Shown here piece after piece: positions 47,784 to 57,881 of a DNA stretch of 64,000 bases. Each line of letters opens with the position of its first letter. The first letter of the stretch is position 1. The notes under the pieces were generated by a model that was not told the origin of the DNA, did not search any database, and was given only the letters and a program-made list of their open reading frames with translations. Source of the stretch: Candidatus Methanospirareceae archaeon (lineage in GTDB: Archaea > Halobacteriota > Syntropharchaeia > Alkanophagales > Methanospirareceae); the NCBI GenBank assembly GCA_049975405.1, contig JBNGDK010000005.1, forward strand, positions 156 to 64,155, given 5' to 3'. A program made the position numbers and the translations under genes.

Positions 47784-48029
47784 TCACCCACTCTTCATTT
47801 TTCGCACTATATCAATAGCTGCAAGAATCACGCCAACGCCCAGTAAACTGTACCCGATGAGTCTGTTATCGCTCCCCAAAAACAACCCCGCTATGATAAA
47901 TCCGAAAGCAAGGCCGGCTAAGGGGGTGAGGCTTTTACCCGGTTTATTCTTATTAACGAAGAAAACAAGGAGGGCGATAAGAGCCAGGACGACAAGAGCT
48001 ATCGCGATATAAATCTGTGACGGATTCAT
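47784..48029 (-). CDS. Small membrane protein, 2 TM helices
   Basis: ORF-track. Hydrophobic helices. Confidence 0.4.
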   Translation of the reverse strand: MNPSQIYIAIALVVLALIALLVFFVNKNKPGKSLTPLAGLAFGFIIAGLFLGSDNRLIGYSLLGVGVILAAIDIVRKMKSG

Positions 48030-48125
48030 AGTAGTACTCTCGTTCTGTCATTTATATGTCCTCGCTGGTTATTCCTTCTTCGCTTAGGCTAAATCTAAGC
48101 CTTCATACCCCAGAAAATACTGCCC

Positions 48126-48345
48126 TTACGCCTGCCGCACCGTTCGCTTCTGCTCGTAGAGCCGCCTCAGTGCCGTTACCATATCCGCGTAGCAGCAGTA
48201 CTCAGAACGCTTCGTTCGCTGTATGCTCGTACGCGGTAATTGCGCCGTACCCGTTCCAGCGCGGGATCGAACCGCACCCGGCTGAGATGCATCGACTGCT
48301 CCGGCCTGTACCCGCTGTCCTAGAGCCTCGTGGTGCTGCCTGAAA
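48126..48345 (-). pseudogene. Degenerate duplicate of the 3' end of the hypothetical gene 49273-50256
   Basis: About 78% nucleotide identity to 49290-49480. The protein match (SEYCCYADMVTALRRLYEQKRTVRQA against SEYYCYADLVTALKRIYEQEQTVRQA) is then lost through indels. Confidence 0.45.
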
Positions 48346-48459
48346 GCGGAAAGCTTATATGTGCCGGTGATACAGGTGCAGCTTAAGTCATAGGCACACA
48401 CATACCTGCTTAAGTGCAAGGCATAATCACTTTTCAAGAGAAAAATGAAAGGATAACAT

Positions 48460-49143
48460 ATGGTGGCAGTGTTAACGCCAGATGTGAAAAAACTGGAAAG
48501 CAAGGCAGATATTAACGGCTTGATAAAAGCGTTAGAGCACAAGAAAATCGATGTCCGGTACAGAGCAGCAGTGGCGCTTGGTAAGCTGGGCGACGAGCGA
48601 GCAGTAGAACCGCTCATTCGCGCTTTCCAGGATGAAGACGAGGTTTTTCGTGCAAAAGTAGCAGCGGCGCTTGGCAAGCTGGGCGATGAGCGTGCAGTAG
48701 AACCGCTCATTCGCGCTTTACAGGACGAAGATGATACTGTTCGCGAGAAAGCAGCGGAGGCGCTTGGTAAGCTGGGCGATGAGCGTGCAGTAAAACCACT
48801 CATTCGTGCTCTGGAGGATAAAAATGAATTTTTCCGGAAGAAAGCAGCCGAGGCGCTTGGTAAGCTGAGAGATGAACGTGCAGTAGAACCGCTCATTCGC
48901 GCGTTGCCGGATAAGGATGAGTATGTTCGCGCGAAAGCAGCCGAGGCGCTTGCGGTGATCGGAGAACCGGCGGTAGAACCGCTCGTTCGCGCTCTGAAGG
49001 ATAAAAATGATGATGTTCACACAGGCGCAGCAAAGGCTCTTGAAAGAATGAACTGGATTCCTAGAGACAAAGCTGAAGAAGCTTCTTTCTTACTGGCAAA
49101 AAAGGTGTGGCATCATTTAATAGGGCTAAAGAAAAAAGAATGA
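48460..49143 (+). CDS. PBS-lyase HEAT-like repeat protein
   Basis: Seven 31-aa repeats of AAEALGKLGDERAVEPLIRAL(Q)D.D..VR; 93-bp tandem periodicity at the DNA level. Confidence 0.85.
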   Translation: MVAVLTPDVKKLESKADINGLIKALEHKKIDVRYRAAVALGKLGDERAVEPLIRAFQDEDEVFRAKVAAALGKLGDERAVEPLIRALQDEDDTVREKAAEALGKLGDERAVKPLIRALEDKNEFFRKKAAEALGKLRDERAVEPLIRALPDKDEYVRAKAAEALAVIGEPAVEPLVRALKDKNDDVHTGAAKALERMNWIPRDKAEEASFLLAKKVWHHLIGLKKKE

Positions 49144-49272
49144 TCTGGATTCCTGAAGACAAAGTTGAAGAAGCTTCTTTCTTACTGGCGAAAAAGGTGT
49201 GCTTCGAGCGGTAGTGGATCCGCTATTCAGTGCGTTATGCCAGGCCACTTACCTCAGGATTCGATTATTATA

Positions 49273-50256
49273 CTACATATACGCCTGCCGCACCGTCTGT
49301 TCCTGCTCGTAGATCCGTTTCAGTGCTGTCACCAGATCCGCATAGCAGTAGTACTCGGACTGCTCCGCTTTCTGCTCGTACGCGGCAATGGTGCGCTGTA
49401 CCCGCTCCAGCGCGGGATCGAGCCGCACCCAGCTGAGGTGTACTGACTGCTCTGGCTGATACCCGCCGTCCTCGACCGTCGTGGTGTATCCTGCCAATTC
49501 CAGCTCCGCGTTGACCTTCTCATGATTCAGCTCTCCGTACGCATACGCGAGCACAAATCTCTTTACATGGTGCAACAGCTCTCGATCTTTGATCCCAAAT
49601 CCGGGTTCCGCATTCAACGCGGGCACAGTCGCCAGCCCGGCGAGCGAGAAGAGGAATGGTGTGGCCATGAAAGCTTTAAACGCTGCTGGTGCGGCGTCAT
49701 GCAGCTCCTTAAAAAACGTGAGCACGTCATCGCGGCGCGGCATGCCCAGTGACCCGAGCGTCTCGAGTAGTACCAGCGGCTCTTCATAAACACCGAATGC
49801 CGCTTCTGCGCCAAGTGCCTGGACGAAACTCCGCACGCCCTGACGGGTCACCTCGAGGATCGCGTCGGGCACGACCTGCGCGGCACGCAGGTTCGCACGC
49901 TGTAGCGGCGTGATGTACCGCTGCTGCTCCCGCAGGAACCCCACAAAATTGCCGGGATAAAACTCCTCGATGTCCGCGAGATACGCGAAGTTGTGTGCCA
50001 GGATGCCGAGCTTCGCCAGCTCCGTGGGATAGTAATCGAACGGCACCCGCGGATTCGGCGTTGAGAACCGCATCTCGTGCGCCTCCGGGAAGATGAGCGC
50101 CGGGTTCCTGGACTGGTACCAGACGGTCGGCTCATACACGATCCGGTAACCTGCGTACGCTTCTGGCTCCAGGTACGTCTGGAGCTCCTGGAATGCCGAC
50201 TCCCATTCCGCCGTTACCGCGGCCAGTAGCTGCTGAGTATCCTCATGCTCTTCCAT
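49273..50256 (-). CDS. Hypothetical 327-aa protein
   Basis: ORF-track. No family recognised. Its 3' end is duplicated at 48126-48345. Confidence 0.55.
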   Translation of the reverse strand: MEEHEDTQQLLAAVTAEWESAFQELQTYLEPEAYAGYRIVYEPTVWYQSRNPALIFPEAHEMRFSTPNPRVPFDYYPTELAKLGILAHNFAYLADIEEFYPGNFVGFLREQQRYITPLQRANLRAAQVVPDAILEVTRQGVRSFVQALGAEAAFGVYEEPLVLLETLGSLGMPRRDDVLTFFKELHDAAPAAFKAFMATPFLFSLAGLATVPALNAEPGFGIKDRELLHHVKRFVLAYAYGELNHEKVNAELELAGYTTTVEDGGYQPEQSVHLSWVRLDPALERVQRTIAAYEQKAEQSEYYCYADLVTALKRIYEQEQTVRQAYM

Positions 50257-50270
50257 GATGCTTCACCTAA

Positions 50271-51254
50271 TTACATGAACGTCTTGCGGAGCGTTTCTGC
50301 GTCATGCGGGCTCAAATACCCCACCGGGATGTCCAGCAGCGTAAACGCACCTGTTCGCCCGTCCTTCTGTAGCCGATAAGCGGCACGCGCGCAGGCGACC
50401 AATACATTCGCCGTGAACTCAGGATTACTCTCCAGCTGTGTCCGATACTCGAGCACGTGCTGGTTGCCCTGGCCCGTCGTCCCGGAGGCGAAGACGAAAC
50501 CACCGTGCGGGAGGCGTGCATGCTTCTTTGCCATCGCTTCCCTGGTCACGAAGATCACCTCGGTCTCGTACTCGTCAAAGTAGTGCGGCATGGCGGTTAG
50601 CTCCTCCCGAATGCGCGTTGCATCCGCATTCGGCTCGGCAACCACGAAGACTACACGCTTGTGCATCTCGCGCTTCGTGAACGTCGGCGTATCGCCGCAG
50701 CGCACCCGCTTTAGCGCCTCATCGTTCGGGATCGTGTAGGCGCGCGCGTCAACGACGCCCCTTACCTGCCGCGCAGCGTCTGAATGCCCCTGGCTCACAC
50801 CCTTGCCCCAGAAGGTGTACTGCGCACCTCCCGGGAGGAACGCATCGCCGAGCACCCGCATCATGGAGAAGATACCGGGATCCCAGCCGGTCGAGATGAC
50901 CGCGACATGCCCGTGCGCCTTCGCCACCGTATCCATCTCCACATAATAACGCGGGATATCCGCGTGCGTATCAAAACTGTCAACCGTCGTGAACCGCTGG
51001 GTGAAAAGCGGGCCCTGGACCGGGATATCGTCTTTCGAGCCGCCACACAGGATCACCACGTCTATCTTCAGCCCTGCAGGCACCTCCCCCTCATCGAGCT
51101 GCAGTACCGGTACGTTCGTTACTTCCGCTCGAACGCGCTCGGGCCGCCGCGTGAAGACCGCGACCAGGTCAGTATCCGTATTCAACGTCAACGACCGTTC
51201 CACACCACGACCGACATTACCATAGCCCGCAATGGCTATATTGATCTTGTCCAT
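50271..51254 (-). CDS. ddh: meso-Diaminopimelate D-dehydrogenase (Ddh). Start set at MDKINIAIAGYGNVGRG; the track start is 51344.
   Basis: N-terminal Rossmann motif IAIAGYGNVGRG and a Ddh C-terminal domain. Confidence 0.7.
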   Translation of the reverse strand: MDKINIAIAGYGNVGRGVERSLTLNTDTDLVAVFTRRPERVRAEVTNVPVLQLDEGEVPAGLKIDVVILCGGSKDDIPVQGPLFTQRFTTVDSFDTHADIPRYYVEMDTVAKAHGHVAVISTGWDPGIFSMMRVLGDAFLPGGAQYTFWGKGVSQGHSDAARQVRGVVDARAYTIPNDEALKRVRCGDTPTFTKREMHKRVVFVVAEPNADATRIREELTAMPHYFDEYETEVIFVTREAMAKKHARLPHGGFVFASGTTGQGNQHVLEYRTQLESNPEFTANVLVACARAAYRLQKDGRTGAFTLLDIPVGYLSPHDAETLRKTFM

Positions 51255-51360
51255 CGTTCGCTCCTCGTTTGAAGTTACTTCCCAGCGCTTATATAAGTGA
51301 AGTGGCGAGTCTGGCGTCACGGCACTGATTTCCGGCAGCAGCAAACACCGACAGCTTTAA

Positions 51361-54300
51361 ATGCGTGCCTACCATGCGAAGCTTATAAGAGAAGGCACAG
51401 CCGCCGAAAAAGGTCTAGTTATGCCGCGATCAACTCATTGCTTCGCGATAGTTGCAATCGTTCTCCTCATAGCAGCGGCTGTGCAGCCCCTCACCGCGCA
51501 ACCCGCGCGTATAACGTCCTTTCCAGCTCCTGAGCCGTCCTGCATTTCGCCGGTCACCGCTTCTGCGTTGACCATGATCGCACAGACGCGGGCGATCGCG
51601 AATCAGCAGCGGGACAGCGGGCTTGATGTCGATGCACTGCAGCGTCAAACGCCGGTCGCAGACCGGACAGATACAGACGGCGATGGCCTCTACGATCCGG
51701 TGGAATGGGTGCTCGGCACTGATTGTAACAACTCGGATTCGGACTTCGACCAGCTGGATGATTCCTTCGAAGTGTATAATGATCTTGATCCGTTGAAGCC
51801 CGATTCGAATGATGACGGGTTAGCGGATTATTTTGAAGTGAACAATGTCACCTCGCTTGATCTCGATGGTGATGACTACCCCAACGCCTGGGATGTTGAT
51901 AACGATGGCGATGGCGTGGTTGATGCGTTAGACCTCTCCCCGTTCTCCAGATCTACCACGCACGAAAGCATTCATTTCGATATCCAAACGAACGGGAACC
52001 CAGCATACATCAACTTCCAGCTGCGGCCAGAGAATCCCGACCACCTGCGGCAGACCCTGCAAACCTGGGACTGGCCACCCGATTGGGAAGGTGCGATGAA
52101 GGATACGAACGTATCCCGTGAAGATGTGCACATTACCCCCATGCTTGAGTTCACCATTCCTATAACCTGCACCGTTACCGCGAACCACAGTGGGAAGTGT
52201 CTAGAGGTTTATAACGCGAGCCTCGACGATGGTGCCAACGTCCAGCAGGCTAATTGCTCCAGTGCAAGTAACCAGCTCTGGCGGCTCGAACAGGTAAACA
52301 ACGGCTATTACAGGATCCTGGCACACCACAGTGGCAAGTGCCTGGAGGTCTATAACGCGAGTCTCGATGATGGCGCCAACGTCCAGCAAGCGAACTGCAG
52401 CGGCCAGGATAACCAGCTCTGGAAACTCGAGGCTGTGGGGAACAACCTCTTTAAAATCAGCGCCAAACATAGCGGCAAGTGCCTGGAGGCCTTCAATAGC
52501 ACTGCAGATGGCGCTATCGTCTCTGACGCTAACGTCTATCAAGCTGATTTCTGGAGTCATGATAACCAGCTCTGGAAACTCGATCCTGTTGAAAACGCCC
52601 TGCCGAGCCAGTCACTGGTGGATGAGTACCACATCATGATCAACTTTAACAAAGCATACATTCCACTTTCGCCCACGCGTGAATACGGGGCTTCGGTCGC
52701 GCTGGCCGGCCGGATGTTCTTCCCCGCGGCTGCACCGCTCGACCTCTCTGCAGACGCACAACTGGTCTGGACCGTGACAGCACAAACCGACAGTGCAGCT
52801 GAAAAGATCGCGTTGAAGGCGCCGAATGGCTGGGATGTCCGTGTAAAGGACAGCGGCGATAATGCGCTCTATGTTCAACCCCCTGCCATCGGCGGTAGAG
52901 AAAAGTTCGAGCTCATCTATGTGGCTGAGAACAAAGTGGGTTTGAAAGTTCAGGGCGGGCAGTTTGTCGGCGTTGATCATGTCAAACTGATGTATTGGGA
53001 ATGGAACCCACTTGTTGCCAATCGTGGCACCATAGGCGAAAAGGAAACCTTCATACTGGAACGCATAGATGACAAAATTGCGTTGAAAGCGTATAATGGT
53101 AAATACGTGTGCGTGGGATGTGGCGATGCTCTTTACCGGGGTGGGCTCAATGCAGACTCCACAGTGCCGGTCTATTTTGATCTGATCGAGTTAGAGGAAA
53201 TAGCGTCAGAAACAACGATTCTCGCACGGTACAAAGAGGATTTCCAGCTCACTGGCTTTACCGTTGATGAGAACTACGGCTCTGAAGTGGGTGTGTTCTA
53301 CAGCGATGACATAGATCGAACCCTGGCGGCCGATTTTGTCATGGCCTACGAGTTCCTCAGGAATACCACAACGCACATTGCTGACATGCCCGCTATCCTC
53401 ACGGCGAGCAACGTGATCATAGCTGCGAATACACGCGCGTTCTCGCATCAGGACGCAGGGCTGGTGGAATTGACCGGTAATATGACGCTCGATGCGCTCG
53501 ATTCGCTGCCAGAGGGCATGAATCTGCCCCTGCTCATCGCGTTCGAGGACCGGTTCACGAGTAGAGCCATGGACGATCTGGTCGTCGCGGGCTCGTATAT
53601 CACCGGAGATACGTACGCGGTGGATCTGAGCGCTGTGCCTGTGGTCACGACGAAAACGCTGAAGATGTCCTGGTACAACACGAGCACGAACGAATCGCTC
53701 GAAATAGACGATCTGTTGACCGAGATACAGGAATGGGGGCAGGCAAAAGGGCTGGATGACGATACCATGGCCACGATGATGGGTCTCATGCTCGCCTGGG
53801 ATACCGGTGAATCAACCGTGATCAGAATAGGTTCCGCCGATACTACCTTTGATACCCCGGGAAAGAACGCTGTCCTGGACGCAATTGAGGATTACGGTAT
53901 CGGAGGGGTTGAACTGATCGCCGCGTCCATAATACCGATCTATGCCGTGATTCGTACCTTCAAAATGCAGCCCACTGTATTGGCAAAGGCACTCAATATC
54001 GGGCGCTGGAAGCTGCTCAAGCTGCGGTGGAAAAGTACCATGAACTGTAAGATCGGCTGGGTGGGAAAGGTCGGGAGAGTAGCAAAGGTGGTGGCTATTA
54101 TCGGATTGATTATTGATGTTGGTATCGCACTTGGCTACTTAATTTACTTCCTCGCCACCAGTGACCCATCGGCGTTCGAGATCTGGTACGCGAGTTTTTA
54201 CACCACCATGGTGGTTGCATTTGCGGTTGCGCTCTTCCTGATCGGCCTGCTTGCCTCCGGGCCGGTGGGCTGGATCATCGTCGCCATTATTGCGGTCATC

Positions 54301-57300
54301 GACTTCATCCTGGAGATATTTGGGGTTGGATTTAGCAAATTTGTGGAATGGTTCATCAGCCTCTTTTATGATATTGATGAGCTGACCAAGGTCGAACTCG
54401 AGATGAAGGAGACCACGTTGAATGTCGACGACTATGATGATAATAGCTTGACCGCTGGAGACCATATAGAGTTCAAGAGCCGTATAGTCGGTAAGGTCTG
54501 GGGTGATCCGGGTTGTCTGGATAATAGCTATATTACTCCTTCCTACCAGTATTCGGTTCCGTCTGGATCTGCATCCGCGCAGGACAAATTCAATAACTAT
54601 CCTTCTGATTGGACCTATCAATATCGAGAAATTTGTTTCTGGTTTTTTGATCGGGAGATTTGTTATACGCTACCCGAAAAAGTACGGGAGTACGAAACCG
54701 GTGTGTGGGTAAAGCCCCTGAGCATGATCAATTTCCCGCTTACCGTCTGGCTCGCTTCCAGTTACAAAGTCTATTACGAGGAATGCTGGTGGTTCTTTGG
54801 CTGGCATTGCGACACCGAAAGCACATCCAAGACGAGCAATAGTGAGCGGACAACGCTCTACTTCGATGTGCTGCCTCAGACGATTACCGATTTCCTCTAC
54901 TGGCGTCAGATTGCCTCGCTCGATCGCGACGGCGACGAGCTTTTCAATAGCGCGGAGCAAGCCAACCGTACCAACCAGTGGCGATTCGATACTGATAATG
55001 ACGCGCTCTCCGATAAATTCGAACTCGATTACGGGACGAACCCCACCAGATCTGATACTGACGGTGACGGGCTAAATGACGCACTTGAGCTGCGGCTCAA
55101 TACCGATCCTTTTGTCACGGACACCGATGATGACGGGTTGAGCGATGCCGAGGAGCACAAAGGCTGGCAGATAACCTTTACCTATTACGGCCATGAATTC
55201 ACCGGGAAGGTGTGGTCAAATCCGCTGAGTGATGATACCGATAACGATGGGCTCTCCGATCTCGAAGAGTTCATGAAACGGCTTAACCCGCGATCAGGTG
55301 ACACCAACGGAAACGGCGTGCCCGATCCCAACGAGTCCATTACCCCTCTGTATGGCAGTATAAGGAGTGTAGATTTAAACGGAATGGGCAGCAGCATCAA
55401 CATACTGCCCGGCGAGCCGGTCAATGCGACCGTCGAATACCGGCTCATTGGCGTGCGGGATCCTGACTCAGGAACGCCTGCCTCGTGCTCTATCCTGATC
55501 ACCATGGACAATTCGAGCCTGAACGAGACCATATATAACGGCACGCCGGTGATCGGAAACAGGACTGAAGGTTCTTTCAACTTCTCCTTTAATGCCTCAA
55601 ATACTGAAGGGATCTACGAGTTGCGCTGCCTCTGGAAGTGGAGCCATCTCGTTGAGACCCTTCCAGAAGCAGAACGGGAGGTGATCGGCGTCATTATAAC
55701 AACCAATAATACGAGTGCCGAATGGGTTGCTGACGGCCCGGATACCGATGGTGACGGCATCATTGACCTTAACGAAGCGATCGGCTGGGATGTTACCTTC
55801 ACTGATGCCAATGGCACGCATACCATCCACGTGAACAGTGATCCCAGACGCAGTGACACTGATTCTGACGGCCTCACTGATCTCGAAGAGTGGAACTGGT
55901 TCACCGATTCTTCAGATCCTCGATCTGCTGATACTGACGGTGATGGCGTGACCGATCTCGTGGAGATTTTCTGGGATTATGACGTACTCTCGTTTGATAC
56001 GGATGGCGATGGTCTCGATGATGGCACTGAACTTGCGTTCAATAGCGACCCGAAAGATGAGGATACCGACGATGACGGGCTCAACGATAAGGAAGAGTTT
56101 GAGTTCAATTCCGATCCTGATAACCCGGACACCGATGGCGACGGTCTCAATGACAGAGCTGAGAAGGAGTGCGGCTCCAGCCTGCTGCAGCCAGATCCTG
56201 ATGACGACACGCTCTTTGATACTCTTGAATGCGCATTGGGCACTGACCCCTGGAATCCGGACACTGACGATGACGGTCTACTCGACGGCTACGAGGTCCA
56301 TGCGCTTAATACCAGTCCCCTGCTCAACGACTCAGATTTCGATCTCCTCAATGACGGTGAGGAGCTCAGGTGGAAGACAGACCCGCTGTGCAATGATACT
56401 GACCGGGATGGACTCTGGGACGGGACGGAACTCGAACTGGGCACCAATCCACTCTACAGGGATACCGATTATGATAGCATCAATGACTCGGAAGATCCTG
56501 ACTCCTTTGCTGAACACGTGGAGCATATCGTTCTCGCATGCGATCCTGCCACAGAAATAGATGAGTTCGCTGATAACCTCGCGCTTTACACTAACGTCAC
56601 CACCATTACTGCGGACGAGCTGCTCGCAAATTATACTGCTGAGCCGTACATCGTGCTCGTTGGCCGACCTGACGGAGGAGACGGTACCGTCGGCAATATC
56701 ACCCGTAATGTGCTGGCAGACGACAACGAGACGCTCGCCCGGATGCTCGAATCGGAGTACGACCGGTTTGCCATCAAGTACGGTGTCTGGAACAGCACGC
56801 AGACGGTCGTGATGCTCTCACAGCCCTACCCCGCTGACCACTGGCGCGCGCTGATGATGCTGAAGAGTTTGCGGGAGACGGTCCTGCCCGGCTCGGTTGA
56901 GATCGCATGGCCAACGCCCCGCGATGTGTTACGTGTCGATTCGGAGAATGTGCTGAAGGAGACAGATGCACTCGTCTGGATCGCGCTCGATGCGGCAGTG
57001 ATACCGCGTGTGAAGCTGAGCCGCTACACCGAAGCCACCACGCCGGTCGCTCTGACGCCTGCTACGGGGATGGCATATTACGATACCCCGGTGGGCCGCT
57101 ACCTGGAGATCAACGTGAGCGAGAATATCCAGAACGCAACGAATGAGAACGTTAAACAGGCGTGGATATTTGTCTATTACACAGCGGCGGACCTCGATCG
57201 AACAGGTGATGGTCTGGCGAACGATACCCGCGACATAGATGAAAACACCCTGCGACTGTATTCGTTCAATGAAAACACGGGTAGATGGGCGAAACTAACG

Positions 57301-57762
57301 AATAAAACGAGCTGGGTCTTCGAGACGGGCGTGAACACCACGAACGTAGAACTCTACGGCATGAGCTACGAGGGCTATATATGGGCAAACGTGTCGCATT
57401 TCTCCCTCTACAGCGTTGTGAGTGAAGGATCGCCTCGACGCGGAGGTGGGTACACACCGCGCGATGCTGATGGCGATGGATATACGGACGTTGAGGAGCT
57501 GCTCGCAGGGACTGATCCGGAAGATCCTGAGGACTATCCCGGCAAACCGGTTGTAACGCTCTCGCCTGCACCTGAACCATCACCGGTATCAACGTCTGCA
57601 CCAATGCCTGCCACACCGATCCCAACCACGACGATACCAACAACACCACCAGCCACACCGCTCCCGGAGGAACCGGGGTTTGAGACCGTGCTGTGGCTCA
57701 TGGGCCTGGGATGTGCCGTTATCCTCGCGATGGCTGCCCGTAAAACGAGAAGAAGGGTGTGA
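51361..57762 (+). CDS. Giant cell-surface protein, 2133 aa. It has a signal peptide (probable start 51421), TSP3-like calcium-binding repeats, a three-repeat ricin-B (QxW) lectin domain, an internal block of about 4 TM helices (aa ~855-990), a long array of DxDxDGxxD TSP3 repeats, a C-terminal module shared with the 1177-aa protein, a Pro/Thr linker and a PGF-CTERM anchor.
   Basis: CLEVYNASLDDGANVQQANC..NQLW repeated three times. DTDGDGLNDALE-type repeats. C-terminus EEPGFETVLWLMGLGCAVILAMAARKTRRRV. Confidence 0.85.
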   Translation: MRAYHAKLIREGTAAEKGLVMPRSTHCFAIVAIVLLIAAAVQPLTAQPARITSFPAPEPSCISPVTASALTMIAQTRAIANQQRDSGLDVDALQRQTPVADRTDTDGDGLYDPVEWVLGTDCNNSDSDFDQLDDSFEVYNDLDPLKPDSNDDGLADYFEVNNVTSLDLDGDDYPNAWDVDNDGDGVVDALDLSPFSRSTTHESIHFDIQTNGNPAYINFQLRPENPDHLRQTLQTWDWPPDWEGAMKDTNVSREDVHITPMLEFTIPITCTVTANHSGKCLEVYNASLDDGANVQQANCSSASNQLWRLEQVNNGYYRILAHHSGKCLEVYNASLDDGANVQQANCSGQDNQLWKLEAVGNNLFKISAKHSGKCLEAFNSTADGAIVSDANVYQADFWSHDNQLWKLDPVENALPSQSLVDEYHIMINFNKAYIPLSPTREYGASVALAGRMFFPAAAPLDLSADAQLVWTVTAQTDSAAEKIALKAPNGWDVRVKDSGDNALYVQPPAIGGREKFELIYVAENKVGLKVQGGQFVGVDHVKLMYWEWNPLVANRGTIGEKETFILERIDDKIALKAYNGKYVCVGCGDALYRGGLNADSTVPVYFDLIELEEIASETTILARYKEDFQLTGFTVDENYGSEVGVFYSDDIDRTLAADFVMAYEFLRNTTTHIADMPAILTASNVIIAANTRAFSHQDAGLVELTGNMTLDALDSLPEGMNLPLLIAFEDRFTSRAMDDLVVAGSYITGDTYAVDLSAVPVVTTKTLKMSWYNTSTNESLEIDDLLTEIQEWGQAKGLDDDTMATMMGLMLAWDTGESTVIRIGSADTTFDTPGKNAVLDAIEDYGIGGVELIAASIIPIYAVIRTFKMQPTVLAKALNIGRWKLLKLRWKSTMNCKIGWVGKVGRVAKVVAIIGLIIDVGIALGYLIYFLATSDPSAFEIWYASFYTTMVVAFAVALFLIGLLASGPVGWIIVAIIAVIDFILEIFGVGFSKFVEWFISLFYDIDELTKVELEMKETTLNVDDYDDNSLTAGDHIEFKSRIVGKVWGDPGCLDNSYITPSYQYSVPSGSASAQDKFNNYPSDWTYQYREICFWFFDREICYTLPEKVREYETGVWVKPLSMINFPLTVWLASSYKVYYEECWWFFGWHCDTESTSKTSNSERTTLYFDVLPQTITDFLYWRQIASLDRDGDELFNSAEQANRTNQWRFDTDNDALSDKFELDYGTNPTRSDTDGDGLNDALELRLNTDPFVTDTDDDGLSDAEEHKGWQITFTYYGHEFTGKVWSNPLSDDTDNDGLSDLEEFMKRLNPRSGDTNGNGVPDPNESITPLYGSIRSVDLNGMGSSINILPGEPVNATVEYRLIGVRDPDSGTPASCSILITMDNSSLNETIYNGTPVIGNRTEGSFNFSFNASNTEGIYELRCLWKWSHLVETLPEAEREVIGVIITTNNTSAEWVADGPDTDGDGIIDLNEAIGWDVTFTDANGTHTIHVNSDPRRSDTDSDGLTDLEEWNWFTDSSDPRSADTDGDGVTDLVEIFWDYDVLSFDTDGDGLDDGTELAFNSDPKDEDTDDDGLNDKEEFEFNSDPDNPDTDGDGLNDRAEKECGSSLLQPDPDDDTLFDTLECALGTDPWNPDTDDDGLLDGYEVHALNTSPLLNDSDFDLLNDGEELRWKTDPLCNDTDRDGLWDGTELELGTNPLYRDTDYDSINDSEDPDSFAEHVEHIVLACDPATEIDEFADNLALYTNVTTITADELLANYTAEPYIVLVGRPDGGDGTVGNITRNVLADDNETLARMLESEYDRFAIKYGVWNSTQTVVMLSQPYPADHWRALMMLKSLRETVLPGSVEIAWPTPRDVLRVDSENVLKETDALVWIALDAAVIPRVKLSRYTEATTPVALTPATGMAYYDTPVGRYLEINVSENIQNATNENVKQAWIFVYYTAADLDRTGDGLANDTRDIDENTLRLYSFNENTGRWAKLTNKTSWVFETGVNTTNVELYGMSYEGYIWANVSHFSLYSVVSEGSPRRGGGYTPRDADGDGYTDVEELLAGTDPEDPEDYPGKPVVTLSPAPEPSPVSTSAPMPATPIPTTTIPTTPPATPLPEEPGFETVLWLMGLGCAVILAMAARKTRRRV

Positions 57763-57881
57763 CGGTAAGTACGAAAATCCGGTGAATTCGTTAGCTCAAA
57801 CTCGTGCAGTAAGCGAGAGGTTGCTGAATAGCGTGTAACAATGTGTTTTACTCGGCTCGATCGCCGACGACGCGTTTAGAG

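Noticed and set aside
48126-48896. 256-aa minus-strand ORF with its own 31-aa repeats
   Set aside because: It is the antisense reading of the HEAT-repeat gene 48460-49143. Repeats in antisense frames mirror the coding repeats. Only its last ~70 codons (48126-48345) reflect a real degenerate gene fragment.
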